DNA of 64,000 nt. Source: Octopus bimaculoides. Its lineage: Eukaryota. This document shows, piece after piece, positions 61,756-64,000 of the stretch. How positions within the stretch are numbered: the stretch's first letter is position 1; every line of letters begins with the position of its first letter. Both the position numbers and the translations under genes were made by a program. The stretch covers positions 43,352,212 to 43,416,211 of the forward strand of contig NC_068999.1 of assembly GCF_001194135.2 (NCBI RefSeq), read 5' to 3'. A model generated the notes under the pieces. The model had not been told where the DNA came from. It ran no database searches and was given only the letters and a program-made list of their open reading frames with translations.

Positions 61756-62005
61756 GGAGGCACGTGGCTTAGTAGTTAGGGTGTCAGTACCATGGTCGTA
61801 AGATTGTGGTTTCGATTCCTGGACCGGGCGATACGTTGTGTTCTTGAGCAAAAGACTTCATTTCACGTTGCTCCAGTCCACTCAGTTGGCAAAAATGAGT
61901 AATGCTGCGATAGACTGGCGTCCCTTCCAGCTGGGGAACGCATACGCCATTGAAATTAGGAAACCGGGCCCACGAGCTTCGCTAGGCTTTAAAAGGGCGC
62001 ATTTA
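61756..62005 (+). mobile_element. OR2-like CORE-SINE with a different 3' tail
   Basis: tggcttagtagttagg A-box, tttcgattcc B-box, gttcttgagcaaaagacttcatttcacgttgctccagtccactcag CORE, then a tail unlike the 10885 copy. Confidence 0.8.
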
Positions 62006-62673
62006 TTATTTTTGTCACTATTTTTTTCAAATCCTACTGCATTTCTCATTACATTTTTGGTTCTCTAAATTAGTTTTAGTGGATAGGTTGACCTATCTGT
62101 TTTGTCTCTGAGTTTTGGTTGAAAGATTCAACTTGTATGCCTGAAAATACAGCATATGTGGTAGGAAAATCACCTCCAGTAAACTATTATGCCAGCCAGG
62201 TTGAGCAGAAATTTTCCTGTATACCAAACATAATGCTGGATTTCAGAATCAAAATCTGAGACCTCTCCTGGACAACACCCACCGAGGTTGACATGTCCGA
62301 GAATGGTGCAGCTTCCCCTCATCTCACCCACCAATCTAAAAACTTAGATCATTTGAGTGATCTGTTAATAGAAATAAATGATAATGCAGAATTGTTGAAA
62401 TGCTTCCGACCTGTGTACCTGATAACAAAATTCATTATCTGCAAAGTATGTTATTATTAAACTTAGCAAGCTAGCTATTGTCTGCCAAACGTGTTCAGCA
62501 AATGGCAGTAGAAACTAATAAATTATTTGAAAATTCTTCAACATTAATCTGTGCAGTGAAAGAATAAATGGAAAGAGTTAATTTTATCTATGTACTATCT
62601 GTATGTTATACTTGTCCAATTTGTAAGGGGTGACATATTTTCACATACACATGCATTTACTACATGTGTGTGC

Positions 62674-62716
<43 letters not shown>

Positions 62717-64000
62717 CATATAATAAATGTATTTTTGCTATATATGCATACATATATATATATATGCATGGATGGCTACAGGTGTGGATATGTATGCACA
62801 CTTACATATTTACAAGTATTATACACGTATTACATATATAAAGCTGCCTATTCATACGATTACGGTTCTGTTGATGGTAACATCTGTATAAAGCTTTTTA
62901 TTTTTAAGTATGTTTTAGTTTTTTTTTTTTTATAGAAGCTTTATTTAATTTGTTCTTGCTCCTCACTTTACCCTCCTATTTATGTGTGGGCGTGTACACA
63001 CACATACATATTTGTTTAACTACTTGAGTTTTTTCTTTAGAACACCAAAACCCCAAAAAATCAGTCAGAGAGTTTTAGAAAATATATTTAATATTTTGAT
63101 ATCGCAACAGCAATGACTATAGCAGTGGAAAAGAAGATTCCATATAATCTAAAATGATAATTCTATTTTTGTAATGTCATCGTCATCTTCAACCATTACT
63201 GTCATCATTTCCAAGTATGCAACAACAACAACTACTACAACGACAACAACGATTCATTCATTTGTTTTGTTTTTTTCCTTTTTTTTAATTTTTTTAATTT
63301 TTTTTTTTGAAGAATTATTTATTGTCCTTCATGCATCTATTGTAACTTAGGTCTGAATCTGAGCACAATTTTTTGCGCTGAATTCTGCTTCATGTCCTAC
63401 TTTTTGCTGATTCCATGTTCTCTTAAGATGTCATTTCGTAGTCTTGTAGCTTCCGCCACGGTTTTACTTTCATTTCAAAAAAATTTTTTAAATATTTCTT
63501 TTCATTTTTTTCATTTTTTTTCTTCTTTTTTGTGACTTTGCCCTCAATTTTCCAGAATTTTAGTCTTGTGTGTCTTCTGCCTTTGGCACTAACACCTCCT
63601 GCTCAAACTGACATCCGTTGATTTTTCCATTGTCCTCTTCACTGATTTCTTTTATTTGACCAACATGCCAAGTTCTCGTCTGTATCTATTCGTCTCTCTC
63701 TCTCTCACGCAATCTTTCTCCATCTCTATCGTTTCTTATTACTAGCACTTATTTTTATTCGCTCATTCACTCACGCATTTATTCACCACCAACACACTTC
63801 ACTCGTTCATTCATTTCTTTCCATTTCACATACCATTCTTTTAATTTTTTTTTTTTTTTTTGTATCTTCCTTCCTTGCTTTTCTCACATTCCTTGTATGT
63901 CCCTTCAAAATCCTTGGCTTCCACTTATTCCTGATCTGTATCTTCTAGCCTGTTTACACATCCGAAGCTTTAGCTTGCTCATGACAAATCATGTCTCTTA

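Noticed and set aside
62295-62460. 55-codon ORF MSENGAASPHLTHQSKNL...
   Set aside because: It has no recognisable similarity to the MBNL C-terminus, an in-frame stop lies just upstream, and no suitable acceptor was found.
10-63000. Dozens of ORFs rich in YI/HT/CV/X in the ORF track
   Set aside because: They are translations of (TA)n, (CA)n and (TACA)n microsatellites or N-gaps, with no protein signal.
1-64000. CRISPR arrays, rRNA, intact transposase/RT genes, or MBNL ZnF1-2 and C-terminal exons
   Set aside because: None were seen. The DNA is eukaryotic, all LINE remnants are broken, and no WLTLEVCRE, ACFDS, DRLE|gt or KRPA-type exon was found, so these exons lie outside the window, in gaps, or are too diverged to spot by eye.

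Overview
This window is AT-rich eukaryotic intronic DNA, full of microsatellites and with about 16 N-gaps. Its SINE families point to an octopod cephalopod (Octopus-like). Only one coding exon is unambiguous: 47684-47926 (+), 243 nt, phase 0/0, encoding the ZnF3-ZnF4 CCCH tandem of a muscleblind-like (MBNL) RNA-binding protein. Most of the 64 kb is therefore probably MBNL intron. The rest consists of tRNA-derived SINEs (CORE-type OR1/OR2-like, and a Meta-domain/OK-like family), decayed RTE and CR1/L2 LINE fragments, piggyBac-like TTAA MITEs, Penelope-like remnants with hammerhead-ribozyme core words, and long foldback elements. The most notable layer is a possible RNA-level regulatory set around the MBNL exon. 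It includes dense YGCY (MBNL-binding) clusters, one directly after the donor and one displayed in a stem-loop, near-perfect 93-400 bp hairpins that would be ADAR substrates, and inverted repeats bracketing the symmetric exon (circRNA potential). There are also candidate alternative terminal exons that would give a 2-finger isoform, and one structurally convincing antisense type I hammerhead. All regulatory readings are hypotheses from sequence alone. Repeat boundaries are approximate (about +/-10-20 nt), and repeat family names come from recalled consensus features, not from a database search.
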